Shown here: positions 12,350 through 26,809 of the stretch, piece by piece
How the letters are laid out: each line of letters starts with the position of its first letter
How positions within the stretch are numbered: the stretch's first letter is position 1
Origin: Sphyrna mokarran
Taxonomy: Eukaryota
Reading direction: 5' to 3'
Assembly (NCBI GenBank): GCA_024679065.1
Contig: JAGIQG010000009.1
Span: 93,062,001-93,126,000 of the forward strand
Length of the DNA stretch: 64,000 nt
The notes under the pieces: generated by a model
What the model was told of the DNA's origin: nothing
Database searches by the model: none
Seen by the model: only the letters and a program-made list of their open reading frames with translations
Position numbers and translations under genes: made by a program

Positions 12350-14560
12350 TTACACGTTCGTCTCCGTTGTTAACCGAATTCAAGAGAAATTTAGACCTGT
12401 ATCATTTCGGTTTTGCTGTCTCCCATTTAAAATTAAGCATGTGTCCTAACATGGAGACTGTTAAAGATGGCATGATACCTAATAGATTTATGAGTGATGG
12501 TATGGCAACAACAATGAACGTCCCAAATTGACATTTACCCTTTCGCTACATCAATGCTTATGTTTGCCCATTAAACTTTGAATTTTGTCATCTCCTGATG
12601 TCAATAGTCCACTTCCTTCCTGGATGGACGCGAGAATAATTGAGAGACTTAATTCGAGGAAACTGCATCTCATATGTCGCCCGATAGCATCAGAAAAATA
12701 GATATTCCAGATTGATCGTGGAAATTTGGAGCTGGCAGCAGACAATAAATACAGACAACCACCCAACCTCATTTTTTTGTCAATGTCAATTGTTCTAATG
12801 TTCAGCCATCAGTTCTGAGATCACAGTAAATCCTGCTCGCCTTCATCGATTCATAATAGCTCTAAACTCACCATGGTTTAAATTTAGAGTTCCTCTCCTT
12901 GCCTTCATATATTATCACTGGCTCAGGCCTCCCAACCTGAATTGTCTACTCTAAATCAACAGAATATCACCCCTACATATAACACTGGCCTGCCGTGATA
13001 GAATTCGTCATGACCCATTTGTGACCACCCAATTACAATTAAGGAATACGGAACAATCTGCCACGTCAGGATTATTGTTCGAGACTCAGTCAATTTCATG
13101 TTTTTGCTCTTTCCTCTCCTCTATCCGTGGGATAAATGTTGTTCTCATTTAGTGAATATTGCCAAATCCAGATGTTCACAATCTTTCTGGACCATCCATT
13201 GCCCCGTTTCTATTGGACTGCATCAGAGTTGCAATTTAATCGAACGAAGCAGTCTCTCCCTTTCTCAGTACTAAAGACTCTTGCTCGAGCCCAAACTCCC
13301 CCTTCTGATTATTGTGTCAGGATGATTATGCTGCTAATAGTATGTTAAGAGTGTAGAAGATGGATGCATAGATTCTCAAAATAAAAGTAGAAATGTCGAC
13401 AGCTTTACATCAACCAAAATAGGATTAGACATAGAAAAATGATTGATTCCCCTAATCATGGCCGGCCCTGATGAAAAAGAGGCACTCCATTTCCATGTTA
13501 AAGCGGGCAGGCATTCAAAGACAGCAAGAGAGAGAGAGACAGGATGGTGGATCCGGGGACAAAGTTCTCATGCCCCCCCCCACCCCCCCAGCAATGAATG
13601 GCACGATGGCACAATGGTTAGCAGAATTGTTTCACTGTGCCAAAGTCCAACCTTCACGTCAAATCCTCTTCTGAACTGTGAAGTAATGTCATTATTAATC
13701 TAGAATGATGGATCTCTTAAACCACAAGTCTACTAATTTTTGGCTCCATAAACTGAGATATTTAAATGAATGCATAGACTCTCCTGGTAATGGTTAGCGT
13801 ATAGAAGCCGGATGGGTTAAAGTGATCACACGAATTTAAACCTAGCTTCATTTTCTTTAGCTTTCCAATTATCCTACCCATTTCTGCACCATTTGATGGA
13901 TTGTTAATGATAAGCTGTTCCCTCGTATTCCGAAGTGGATAGGTGGGATGGATTACCCGTGAACATGCGGGTTACAGGGATACAGTGAGAAACATGGTTT
14001 GCGTAAGCCACCATATCAGGGAATTATTACAGATTCGATGGACTTAATGATCTCCTTCTGTACTTTAAGGTGTTTATGATGTCTAACTCTGTCTCTGGTA
14101 TGTATATACCTTTTATGCTATATTCCATTGTCCAGGTAATGGCTGCCTTATTCTGAATCCACACATGATAGACATCTGCAGCCACATTCGTCCCTATTTA
14201 TTTATGCATAATTCGTCTACTTTGAACATCTCCTTTCTGCCACAGGACAGGTCAAAATATCCAAGGAGTCTGAATTCTTCCCTCTTTGCGTGGTTTATTT
14301 TGCCGAGCATTTTACTGCAATAAGATCTTATTTCTATTCCCACAAAGGAGCACCAAGAATAATCCGGATATTGTTACCTTTCAAACTCGCTTTCTTAGCA
14401 CCTTCGGTGGTTCCTATCCCATCTTCTTCCTACTTGTGACTTTTTTTATCGTAATGCATGACGACATCGAAGCCTCCCACTTCGGCCGACAAAATGTTGT
14501 CAGAGATGTTTTTGGTTTTCGAATCAGGGCTGGCGACTGTGGATGTAGCGACGTAAATTC
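12350..14560 (-). mobile_element. Old CR1 5' part (ORF1 esterase and ORF2 endonuclease remnants) with an inserted decayed SINE-like piece (~13600-14080, +)
   Basis: The paralogous copy gives REDFRFLGYFDLSCGIKDLFNVDELYINRVGTNL, similar to the CR1 ORF1 SGNH esterase. ggcacaatggttagca A-box-like head at ~13608. Confidence 0.55.
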
Positions 14561-14751
14561 CTTCCGGTATCTCCCAATCACTTGTTGCCAATTATTAATA
14601 TTTAATCAATTCTCATACACTTACCAATGTGAAATAATGGTATAATTGCAAAACAGAATATTTTTCATATCTAGAATCTCGCGGTAAAAGTATCAATTCG
14701 TCTGCGGAGAATATTTAACCACGTGGTTTCCTGTGAGCTTTTACGACCCTT

Positions 14752-15925
14752 AGAATATAGAACATAGAAAAATACAGCACAAACAGGCCCTTCGGACAAC
14801 AAGTTGCGCCCATCATATCGCTAACTACTAGGCTTACCTATAACTCTCAATCCTATTGAATCCCATGCACCCATCCAGAAGTCTTTTAAAAGGCCGTATC
14901 GAATCTGCCTCCACCACAACCACTGGCAGTCCATTCCACGCACCCACTGCTCTCTGAGTGAAAAAACTTACCCCTGACACCTCTTTTGTACCTACTCCCC
15001 AACACCCTAAACCTGTGTCCTCTTGTGCCAACCATTTCAGCCCTGGGAAAAAGTCTCTGAAAATCAACCTGATTAATACCTCTCAACATCTTATACACAT
15101 CTATCAGGTCATCCCTCATCCTTCGTCTCCAAGGAGAAAAGACCGAAGTCACTCAATCTATCCTCATAAGGCACGCTGCCCAATCCAGGCAACATCCTTC
15201 TAAATCTCCTTACACCCTTTCAATGACTTCCACATCCTTCCTGTAATGAGGCAACACGTACTGAGCACAGTACTCCAAGTGTGGTCTAACCAGGGTCTTA
15301 TTCAGCAGTAGCATTATGTCCCAACTCCTCCTAAACTTAATTCCTCGATTGAAGAAGGCCAGTACACCATACGTCTTTATAACCAAATCCTCTACCTGCG
15401 AAGCCGATTTGAGAGTTTTATGAACCTGGACCCCAAGATTCTTCTGATCTTCCACAGACCCTTAATATTATATGCCGTCATCCCATTTGACCAGTCAAGG
15501 TGAACCATCACACATTTATCCGGGTTGACGTCCATTTGCCATTTCTTCTCTCAGTCTTGCATCCTATCAATGCCATGCTGCAACTTCTCACATCCCTCCA
15601 AACTATGCATGACACCTCCAACCTTCGTGTCATCGACAAACTTACCAACCCATCTCTCCACTTCCTCATCCAGGTCATTTATAAAAATCACAAACAGCAA
15701 CAGTCCCAGAACAGATCCCTGGGGCACTCCGTTGGTGGCGACATCCATGCAGAAGAAGACCCATCTACAACTACTCTCTGTCTTCTGTGGGCAAACCAGT
15801 TCTGGATCCACAAAGCAAATTCCCTTGGGTCCCATGCTCTCTCACTTACTCAATAAGTCTTGCATGGGGGACTTTCAAGTCCACATAAGTAACATCAACT
15901 GCTCTTCCTTCGTCAATGTCTTTAG
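14752..15925 (-). mobile_element. Younger 5'-truncated CR1 LINE
   Basis: GVPQGSVLGLLLFVIFINDLD..GKFVDDTKVGG and LVRPHLEYCAQ; (ttctatg)-like tail at 14752-14770; possible short TSD ccctta. Confidence 0.9.
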
Positions 15926-16899
15926 CCCCTTATGATATGTTCTGTGAAGTGCCTGGCATATTGGGTGGGGATTAACTTCGCATCCTCTATGGTCGTCGAA
16001 CCACATTCCTCTGTTCTTGTCAATGAACAACAAATCATTCCACCAGGCGCTAAATGCCTAATCCGACATTTTTTCCCGACAGGAGGCACCCTCCCACAAA
16101 CACAATTTGCAGACTAAAATGGATTCATTCATTCATGAAGTAAACTCCACAATATAATTTTTGTTTTCAGGGCGGTTATGTATCACTGCACAGGCCGACT
16201 TGCACTTCTTTTAATGCCTGTTTCAATGGTCTGGTATCAACGATAAATTTATTGTGGTTTCCAAGAGGCTGGAGATCCGACAAGCCCATGCTATGTAATG
16301 TTTTGTTTCTGAACAGCATTCTCTTATGCTCACAAATGCTCGGCCCTCCTTATTTGTCATATGTCATTTCAGGTTATTTTGGGTGAAGACTGCCCTCCTT
16401 CAACTCTCCCTAACTTTTCGAGTTTGTAGTTATCATTAAATATCTCGTTGGATACAGCTTCCTGAGATACCACCATCAAGAACACCTGGCCGCCTTGATT
16501 CTCTTGGTTGAATGACGTAGCGAATTAATGTCAGGCCCGTGAACGTTGAGAAAAAATGCTCTTATATGCAGGGAATCGAATTTCCAGGAGTGGTTCCTTA
16601 TCTCAAATCTTCGACGTCATATCAAACCTCACCTATCAAGTCCCTGGCGAGATTATTACAGATCCTCCTTTTGGCTGGGCCTCAGTAGTCCTAATCTTCC
16701 CTTCAATTATGTTATTAAATGTTTCTGGGAATCCCTCACTCCATAAGTCTATTAACGTGAGTTAATGCTCGGTTCCATAGGCTCCAGATTGTATTACCTT
16801 TCCACTTCTATCACAAAATAGAATGAATTGCAATTATTTTCGGAAAAAAAATAATACCGCGTTTGCATTCTAAGCAAATACCTGGCAACTCAATTTATG

Positions 16900-18250
16900 C
16901 TGCTTCACCTCATATTTGTGGTTAAGCGTCAATTATATAAATATAATCATCAATTGCATTTCCGTCCATTTAATGGTAAAAGAATGATCATGGCATGTTA
17001 AAGTGTGGCATGATTAGTTACCCAAAACATCGTTGATTACCCCGAGAGCGAGCATTGCCATTGTAGCAAAGTTTAAATCTCCTAAACCTAGCGAACCCAA
17101 CTGGGAAGCTCAATCATCTTTGACACTGTAGATGTTTTTTACCTGGGAATATTTGGTATCTCTAAAATCTAATCTTATTTGTTATGTATATAGTTCTTAA
17201 CAATACTGGCTCTCGGCGTCAGGCTTGGTGGTGTTGAATAAATAATTCCACAAATCGAATATTTCAGTGCATTTGTTCCCCACGCTGTTACTTATTAAAT
17301 CCGAGTAATCTCTCGTGTGGAACGCTCCCAATTATCGAGTATTTGTGATCCATGATAAATATTTTTTTAATGGGAGCAACAGACACATAAAGTCAATCTA
17401 TACCTCTCCAAAGGTTTACTTTCCTTGGTCCCAAGGAAGAGTCTGCAGATGTAGTTTTATGTTTGTTTCTTTCCCGGGGTTTACTGAGAATACACAGTGA
17501 ATTTTTGGCACAGCTGTGCAGTTTATTCTTCCGCTTAATTTCAAAACAAGCACTTTATATATCTAAAATATTGTTCTACCCAGTATGCTGTGTCCAGTGG
17601 TGAGTCCCCAAAAATAATGTCCTGATGTTTCTTGGGACAACAAGTTCCCATTTGGTCTCATTTCCCATTTCATGACAAGTCGTTGGTCAAGTAGTGTGCG
17701 TGTCTGTGGTCCGTTCTTAAAGGTATAATTTCAAACACATGTAATCCTTGAATTGGTCGTCTGGTTTCTTGCCTATTATTTACTTCATACGTAACTCATG
17801 TTACGGTTTAGGTCATCAATATCATGCCAACACCTTTTTGAGTCTCAGGTGACCTTGTCAAAAGATTTATAAGTTTTTGCCATCACTTTACATGTGGTAC
17901 AGATGCCTTGGATGGCTGTCAGAGTATCAAGTTCTGCTGTCTTACACAACGGTGCCTAGGGAAACAAACATCATCAAGAGAAAGCTTTCAATTTACTACC
18001 CCATTTATAACTTTCTTTTAATAGAAGTACCAACTCGAAGTATTCCAATGAACTGAGTTGAGCTCAATATCGCCAATTCCCATTTGGTGTTTAATTTTCA
18101 GCTTCTATCTTCTCAATGATTAATCCTAAACAGTTTGTTTCATAACATTTATAAAACAGGAATCAAAACATTCGATTTAACCTCGGGAAATAGCTAATGG
18201 TGATTGTTCGTTCTTTATCTTGCAGAGATCGTTATAAATGTAGCGTGCTA
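16900..18250 (-). mobile_element. Possible highly decayed LTR-retroelement/ERV pol remnant (RNase H + integrase)
   Basis: In-frame IDFMCLL..KKYL..TR*LGAFHTR (17397-17311) resembles integrase IDFxGPLP..KYLL..TRWVEAFPTR. Upstream of it lie GH..HC..VNP (zinc-finger-like) and FDSCF..AQL..AFS (RNase H-like). Confidence 0.4.
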
Positions 18251-21200
18251 ATAGCACTTTTTTTTTCTATTTCAGAATGTTCACAAATTCAAAGAACAGT
18301 ATTTGGCCTTGCAAATCTTCATTAATGTTTATCTTATCTCCTAAAATAAAACCTTTGCTCCCACATCCATACCTGTCACCTAAACAGTTTTATATCCTTT
18401 GAATTCCTTTGTTTTATTTTAAATCACATCATCATAACCCTAATTATCAAATGAATGCCACATTTAATTCTGTCCTAAACCATTCAACTAATGCCCAAGC
18501 TTTTCTTGGTTCTCAATTCATTTTAGTTTAATCCTTTGACCACAAATTTACATCAGCTGGTCTGTGACATTTTTTCTAGCGGCCTATTCACTTCTTTAAA
18601 TCCCACCTGCATTTCCCATACGTGTTCCTTTTTGCCAATATTTGCCTATCTCACTCGAAAATTTCCATTGTCCTTAACTTGCCCAGTTTCTGGCAGGGGG
18701 AGACTTTTTCTCATTGACATTTCGCCTCAGGCCGACATAGTTTCCGACTTTTGCATGTTTGGAACTTGCACCAAATTGTGTTCGGTGAGCAGTTATTTAT
18801 CCAAAATTGACACTGGCTCGTTTACTCTGTCTTGTCTATGCAGTACAATCCAGGATTTGAATACAAATACATTCTCAAATATCTTAAAATTACTGTAAAC
18901 CCTATTCCTTTTGCAATTAGCTGCCACGCACACAAAAATAAAAATAAATTTTGCTTGGAACAGAATGCATCAATTCATGAGAACAAACCTGACAACTCAA
19001 CACCTGAAATTATCTTGAAATTATCAATTTCTGCGAACATAAATACATCTTCACATGTTTCTGCTAGTTTCAAAAGCGGCAGACTAAGAGTTCTCATATG
19101 AACACCATTACATCATCTTTTTTTTTAATTTCATCTAGCAAGCATTTGGGAGCCAGGACTAATTCCTCTTGATAAACTAATTCTAGATTTCTTTTTCATT
19201 GCCATTTATATCTGGGATTTATCTTTCAATCTGATAAGATGCTTAGATCCAAGATCAATCCAACTTATGATTTGCCATAATCATTTCAAATATTCCAAAT
19301 TTTAATTAATCCTAACAAATTACATTTTCACATCTGTTGAATTCTTTTAGCTTACACTTAAAATTTGTACATTTGATTTCTTCCCACAAATTTGCAATTA
19401 CAAATTAACAGAGGCACAAGTTTCAGAGCGACTTAAAATAAAATCAACTCTTTGCTCAAATAGTTACATTTTCCTCAAGACCCAAACAGAACCTAGCATT
19501 CAATATGGAAATATCATAGCTCAAACAAGTCACTTTCCACTTCCAGCTTCTTAAATTAGTAAGTTTTTTTTAAAGTTGATACCCCGTGCGCGATTTACTT
19601 CTGCATCTGTAATTCAAACTCTAAAATTTTAACATAATCAAATTTCCTTCTGACAGATATTAGTTGGCTACGTTTTTTTGTTGTTAAGTTTTGCTGATTT
19701 TATCACTGCACTGCAGCTGAATCAAAGAGGTCAAAGCACATAAATTGGCGTCTATAGCAGGAAATTGACAGACGAGTTTTTTTTCATTCTGATTGGATAT
19801 TATAATAAAATAAGTGAAAAGACATTGCAATTGATTGATGCTAATTATTTGTAATTGATTGTGAAAATTGCAGTTGCGTTTTGCATCTTAGAGTATGCCG
19901 CTCTAGCTTGTTGAAGGAAAGTGAACAATAACTGCTTCACGTTCATATTATTGGTTTTTGCATATAGTTTCTTCTCCTCATTCATGGAAGATATGCCTTT
20001 TGGCTTACCACATTTTGGGTTTCCTGCCTATTCGGTTTATCAGCTGCCGATTTGCAAATTTTTCAGCCTTTGCCATGGCTTACTTTATTTTGACCACTCC
20101 ACATGACTGCAGTTGATCATTATTCAGTCTACCTTCAAGCACTCTTGTTTTCTCCTTTATTCTGGGCTCTGATTTCACTCAGCAAATTGATTGGTGGTTT
20201 TTCAATAACACTTAACTGAGAGCATGAATTAACATGATTGACACTCCCTGCAGTCACCAACTGGCTGAGTGAAAACCTATTCCCATTATCAATTCTTTTG
20301 CGGATTTTGATTTCAGCTTTTAATTCATCAGAACTTTTATTCTTTGAGTAATCACACAATTCACAGAGTTCCCTAAAACAGCTGCTTCAACACAAGCTTT
20401 AGCAAGGAGCTCAGGCAACTATAGTTCACTTCTCTGGAAGTAGCCCGAGTGGTGTAATCCAGGTACAAGGGAAACTATAATTTTCTCAATTGATTACAAT
20501 TAATTATCATAAACCAATCACTATAGTTTTACGTTTCATTCATTATAATATCCATTCAGTGTAAAAAGAAACTTCGCACTTTTGCTTGTCTGTGCATCTG
20601 TGGATCACTCAGATTTTCCAGCTAATGTATGTTCTTTGCCAGACGAATGACCTTGATACTTGTCTGGAAAGGAACTTAAAATGAGATCTTTGTTTTTTTC
20701 AGCTTGTGTAATTTTCAAACTTCTGTAACTTTTACAAAATCATGTATTATCCCATCCTTAGTCTTTTGTTCAGTCAATGGTCAAATATTTGCTTCTGTTA
20801 TTTCAGTCATATAGTCCCTACATGGCTTGTGTTTCACTGCTTAGCTGGTAAGTTAAGAACAAAGAGTGAATATTTTGCCAGATTGCCAATTATTATTATC
20901 GATTTGCATGTAGTCTGCTTTTTGGTTGAACTGCATGATCTGACACTATGGTGTATTTTTAAGCTTCTAGTTCAAAGTCAGGTTGAGGTCAGTTTTTCAG
21001 ATTCTACATGATCCGTCGCTTTATATTCAATATCATGTTAATTAGTGTTCGTTTAGACTTTGGCCAGATGATCAAATCTTGTTCTTCTTTCTGGGTACTT
21101 TTTTTTTTAGGTATTGGTGCTCTTTTCTTTTTGTTACGTCAGTATATTCTTTGCGGGATTCATTCAATTAGCGGTGAATTAAAACGTTCTGATTGGGCGA

Positions 21201-22559
21201 GCGGGATAGGTGGTTGGTTGTGATCAAATCTCCAATTTTTGGCTGTTTGATTTTCTTGGAACTCAACAGCCTTTGGTCACTTGCCACGTTGTTAGCTCAG
21301 ACTTTGGACACGTTATCAACGTTTTTTTTTGCTGCTAGTACAATTTACATCGTTGTTGTTACGATTGTGATTTTGAGGTGGATTTGGGTGCTGCATTAGT
21401 TTGAGGATGGTTAAAATCGGTTTTATTGTTTAATGTGCTTTAACATTTCATGTGAATTTCAATTGTTGTATTATTTATTGGGAGGATTTGCATAGCTGGT
21501 ATTGTATTAGTTAACATGCTGCAGTCGATCGAGCTACTCCTATGTTCGATACCTTTATGCTTTCGATGTGTTTTTTTCGGTTGCTTAATTCGAAGGGCAT
21601 GTTTATCTTTTTTGCAAATAATTGAAACAAATTTCTTATTGTATCAATAATAACACTGTTTGAATTACAAATTTAACTTGGGCAACACTGCCTAATGTAA
21701 TTAACACCTTAACTTGAATTTCAATTGTCAAATTGATCCTTGTCAGAAAGTGAAGTACGGGACGATGTGTTTATTACTTGTTTGACAATAGCTTAATTTA
21801 CAAAGTGCAGCATTAAATACGATGCCTTGCATTTACTTCCCAGGAAGTTTTATTTATAATTTCCTAGTACATAATTACACATTGCCCATAACCTGTGTCT
21901 CACTCGCTCGACACAATTGACACGCTGTGAACATGAGCATCCAATTTGTTTGACCACAGTAAGATTATCAAATTCTAGGATTAATGGATATAAACACAAA
22001 CAGACATTTTATGACGCTGAAAAGAAAGACACAATTGAAGAAGGAAATGACTGTGCAGCGCATTATAGGCAAACCTGAAGCTTTCAACTAAAATTCGAAT
22101 TAAAGTGTTGATCACTCATAGATACATTTCAATCTGGGCAAATGCCTGCCTATGACCTTTACACAAAACAGAATAATTCTAACTGGAAATTATCAACCTG
22201 ATCCTCATTAAGATGATGAAAGCGCCTATCAACAGTCTTCTCGAGTTGCAGTTGTTTCACAATATTCTGCTTAGCGACATTCAATTAGGATTTTGTGAAG
22301 TTCTATCGGCAATTGTTTCCAATAAAGTTTTGGATTGAACTTGCACAACCGTGTTAAATTCCATAAATTAGGAGAAAAAATACACTTGTTATTAAGGCAA
22401 TAATTCACGTACAGTATCAGCAAGGAAACTGAGCAGAAATGAATAAATGTGAACAGTGCTTTTAATGGGCAGCGGTTGGGGTACCTGGTGGTACGCGGTG
22501 TGAAATGGTTGTAGCTGGAGTCACATTGAAACAACGTAAAATGTCTGTGATTTCAGTTA

Positions 22560-23535
22560 AAAAAAAACACAGCAGGGGTTCCTCACTCAATGACTGAAGG
22601 CCCAGCCATCTTCAGGTATGTCATCACAAACCTTCCCTCTGTCACAACGTCAGAAGTAGGGGTGATCGCTGATTAACGCACAATAGTCAGAAATATTGTG
22701 TTTCCACCGGCACTAAAGCAGTTTGGCCCAAATGCAGCAAGGTATAGGACAATATCCAAACTTGGGCCGATAAGTGGCAAGTCGCAGTCAGAGTATGGAA
22801 GTAGAAGCCAACTGTCATCTCCAGGAAAGGAGAATCTACCTATCGCCTCCTGACATTCAATGGCTGAATTCCCCACGATCAACATCGCATTGTTTGCAGA
22901 CTCCGGAACGCAAACTGCACTAGCCATATAAAAACTCTGGCTAATAAAACAGGTCAGATTTTAGGATATCTCGCGACCACTGACTAAGATCGTGACTCCC
23001 CAAAGATTTGGCACCATCTAACACTCAGGCGAGTGCTCTCTAATTGCCTTAATGAATGCAGTTCCAACAATATGCAAGATATTTGAGAACATCCAGGAGA
23101 AAACAACTCGTTGATTGACATCCCAATCACAGATATTCAGTCCTTTCACCACGATGCTTAGGTAGTGCATTAGGTTGTATCATCTAAAAGATGCACTGCA
23201 GAACTCTGCATATTACCATGACTCAGTGCATTCCAACTTTAAGACAACGAACTTCCAGAAGGACAAGGACAAATGACCAATAGGAACACTGCCATATAGA
23301 GGACTCCATCATAGCCATCCACCATCCAGAACAGGAAATATTTCGCCTGCATTTTCCCTATCACTGCGCCAAAAGCTTTGTACTCCTCCTTCGCAACAGG
23401 TTGAGTGCCCGCGCACCACAGGGACTCCAGCTGTTCTACAATGAACCTCACCACCAGCTTCAAAATGGCAGTTAACGCACTAGAAATAAATGCTGATCAA
23501 GCCAAAGACGGCCACATCCCTTGTAATAAGAGAAA
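22560..23535 (+). mobile_element. CR1/L2-group LINE 3' fragment (same family as 4560-6850)
   Basis: Shares cagccatcttc, tgacattcaatgg..ccccac, aagatgcac and the terminal aataaatgctg..cacatccc. Confidence 0.7.
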
Positions 23536-24829
23536 AGAAAGTTGTGATTGACATCCTAGAATTTAAGAGAACTGCTCTTTAAGTGCACTCAGATGTATGA
23601 CGTATCATTATTGAATGAAAAAGCATTACGGAATCAAGAACCATTGAAATATAGTCATGGATCTGGTAATTTTTGGCGAAACAAGTGTTTTTTTTTCAAT
23701 ATTCGCCGGACAGTTGCAAAAGGTAGTATATCACATCAGTTTCTCAACTAATTTTTTCATAATCTGTGTGTTCATTTTTCCCTCATTCAAAGCTGATTTG
23801 AACATTGCTGCAACCTTAATGTCCTAGTGGAGATCTAACAGAGTATAAATGGAAACCATTGTAATTTAGTAGACTCAGAATTTGTTTTGGAGGTTGTCTG
23901 CAACGGCAACGGTGATGTACATTCATAGAGAAAATGTATGAAACATGTTACAGTATCAGGAAAATGTATTACATGATTCTAGCCGTCACCGATGTTCCTG
24001 GTAAGCAGGAGTAACTGTTTATTTTTCATTATTCCATGTGTTCGTTGTTTTTTTTGGTTTTGGTATGTGAATGATACTGCATGCTGGATTATGACGAATT
24101 GTTAACGAGGTGACGAGTATAGACACCCGATTAGCGATAGTATTTTAAGCTAGAAGTTTTGAACTGTTACTTTTTTTATTCAATTACTGAACGTGAAAAT
24201 AACAAGTTTCTAACTTTTCTTGGCGTTGAATGATCAAACTTCTCGCTGTGCAAGAACATTTGTTGTTACGAAAGAAAACGACCTTAGTTCAGTCAGCTAT
24301 GTGTGGAAAAGAATACTTTGTCACTGAATTGAGATTGGGTCACGAAACGATACTGATGAATTTGGTTCGACATTGAGGCCTTTGTTTGGGTGACCGATCT
24401 CACAACTCCTTACAATTGTCTTCGTTATTTGCGAAAGTAATGGAAAGCAAACATTTTGTGGCTGCTTGAAGATGTTTGTTAATAAAGACAAATATAATGT
24501 GAAATGCCTTTATATAGGAGTGCTTTCCAATAGCTGAAAGTGAAATACATCTTAGCAGTTGAAGAGAAGCCCGCACTGCAATTCTGCTTAAATTGTCTGG
24601 TTGGTGATCGAGTCTTTCTCTTCTTGCAGTTACACTGAGCACCTTAAATTGGTAATTGATTAATCCGTGCGTAAATTCAGCACTCACAATTTGTGAACTG
24701 CCTCTGCTTTTGTTCCGTGATCTGAATATTGGAGAGAGGTTATTATTGTTTGACGGATTGGCTTTTCTTCACGAGTCAGTGGTTTTGATCATGTAACCTT
24801 TAACGGTGTCTATCTTTACTTCAGTTATA

Positions 24830-25135
24830 TGTACAGGTGGTTAGCACTGCTGTCTCACATCGCCAGGGACCCGGGTTCAATTCTAGACTTAGATCACTCT
24901 CTATGTACCGGTTACACACGTTCATTGTCTGCATGGGTTTCCTCTATGTGCTCCGGTTTCCTCTCACAGTCCAAAGGTATGCGGGTTAGGGTAATTGGGC
25001 ATGCTAAATGGCCATTTCATATCAGGCGGATCAGCAGGGTAAGTACGTGGGTTATGGGGATGGGGCACGGGCGGGATTGTTGTCGGTGCAGGCTTTATGG
25101 ACCGAATTGCATCGTTCTCAGTTGTAGGGATTCAA
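24830..25135 (+). mobile_element. HE1-like tRNA-derived V-SINE
   Basis: A box tggttagcactg, B box ggttcaattc, V-domain gggtttcctc..gtgctccggtttcctctcacagtccaaag, CR1-like 3' tail. Confidence 0.85.
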
Positions 25136-26809
25136 ATCTAGGAACAAATGTCAGATATAACCGAACAGCAGTAAAATTGAGTGTTCCTCAATGGAAAGAT
25201 CTGTTCTGGTACAACAAGCAATAACATCATGACAAAATACTTGCAAATACATAAACTATCCTCGTTTCTCCTTCACACTGCACCTTTCTTACTGGGGTTC
25301 CTCAAATGTAGTTTTACCTCTGCTCTTTAAATGAGTTCTGTTCTGTATAGGTCCCTCTCCTCCCTGAAGGCTTGCTTTGTCTTTAATCTTCTGTTCTCAT
25401 AGCCAAGGTCTGGAACTTTTGTCCCGTTCTACTCGCTGAATTCATGCTTTTACAGAATATCCAGTTGACGTCAGATGACTTCATAACATATTGGTCCAAG
25501 ATGGGCTTCTGATTTCACTTTCTGAATTCATTTTCTTGGCTGCTATTCATTAACTGGTGATTTCAATCAATGTGAAAATTAATATTTCCCACGATGGTCC
25601 CAGTGGTCTTCCCAGTGGTCTTATTTGCATCCATTTGCTACTTGTTGATTTACATTATTTCCTGCGGTATAGGTAACTTAATGTGACTGATATAATGGTC
25701 CTACCATTCTTTACATTCCTTAGTTATTCGTAATTTCCTCGAAAAGTCTCCAGATCTCCTCTTCCTAGATCACCCACAGAAACATATTTGTTTCCTCTTT
25801 TATTAATAGAGCTAGCTTACAACCGCTCACTTTTAGGTTTGCTACTAAAATGTCAAACAAACCCGAATCTTTAGTTCCCAACATTGATCACCTTGCAACA
25901 TTATCGCAGAAAAGCTAAGAGATCATGCTCATTTAAGGCTAATCTGCCAACAGTTCACGGATCATTCATTGGGGAATGCGACTTTTCATGTAACGTTCAT
26001 TAAAAGGCAGAAAAGTTTCTATCACCGTTCTGAAAAAAAAATCTCCTGAGAAAATAAAGATGCACTTTATTATTTGTATTTAATCCAAGATTTACTCTTT
26101 GCTGTCCCTTATTCTACCAGGTGTCTCTTACCCAGTTTTCCACTCTTCAAATTCCCTGCTCAGGTACGCATTCCCCTGCCATACAAATTGATGTCTTCCC
26201 AAAAGGACTAGCAAACATCACTGCATGGGGAAAAAAAATCGACACGTTTCTTCTTTTTGTTAATTTACCATCGAAAGAGCAGCACATCATACACAGTGAA
26301 ATAGAGAAAATTTGAAACGGCCTGTAGCAAATTTAGTTCAATGGTCAAATATTCTAATTGGCAGCAGGCACACAAGCAATTAAATAGAACCCAAAACACG
26401 ATGTCAAGCCTTTAAATTGAAATCTCAACTAATCTGAAATATATGTTATGGAGGAATAGCACTGCATTACGCAATCTGAATGCACGAATTCTCTAAATAT
26501 TAATGGTCAAAAACATTTCCACAAAATGAGGGCAGTCTCTCAATATCTACCTTCGGATACCTGGATTTCTGTTATGGACCCAACTACAAAATGCCAATAA
26601 AAAAAGCACGGAGCACAACCTAATGGTAATAACATTGTTGTAATAAGAATAATTGATGTAAATATAGTAATTATCCTGCAAGGATAAATGAGCAGGTAAA
26701 ACAGTCTTCCACCTTCTCTAACCTAAAGGGCTGAGTGAATATCAGGCAATGTCTTTTTTCTTGTTTTTCCTTTCTGCGCAAGTTATCTACAGGGGATGAC
26801 AAAAAAGAT

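Larger units (their letters stand above)
1..14740. repeat. Segmental duplication unit 1 (left end runs off the window); paralog at ~41431-56525
   Basis: Base 1 cgggaaattaagaaaatgaaagacagagaa matches 41431 agggaaagtaagaaaacgagagacagagaa. The same order of Rex1, GPCR exon 2, CR1, L2-group LINE, RTE, Penelope, exon 1 and CR1 is seen in both. Homology ends at accacgtggtttcctgtgagct (~14740 / ~56525). Confidence 0.95.

Noticed and set aside
24830-24900. tRNA gene
   Set aside because: A/B boxes are followed by V-domain and LINE tail with no cloverleaf, so it is a SINE head.
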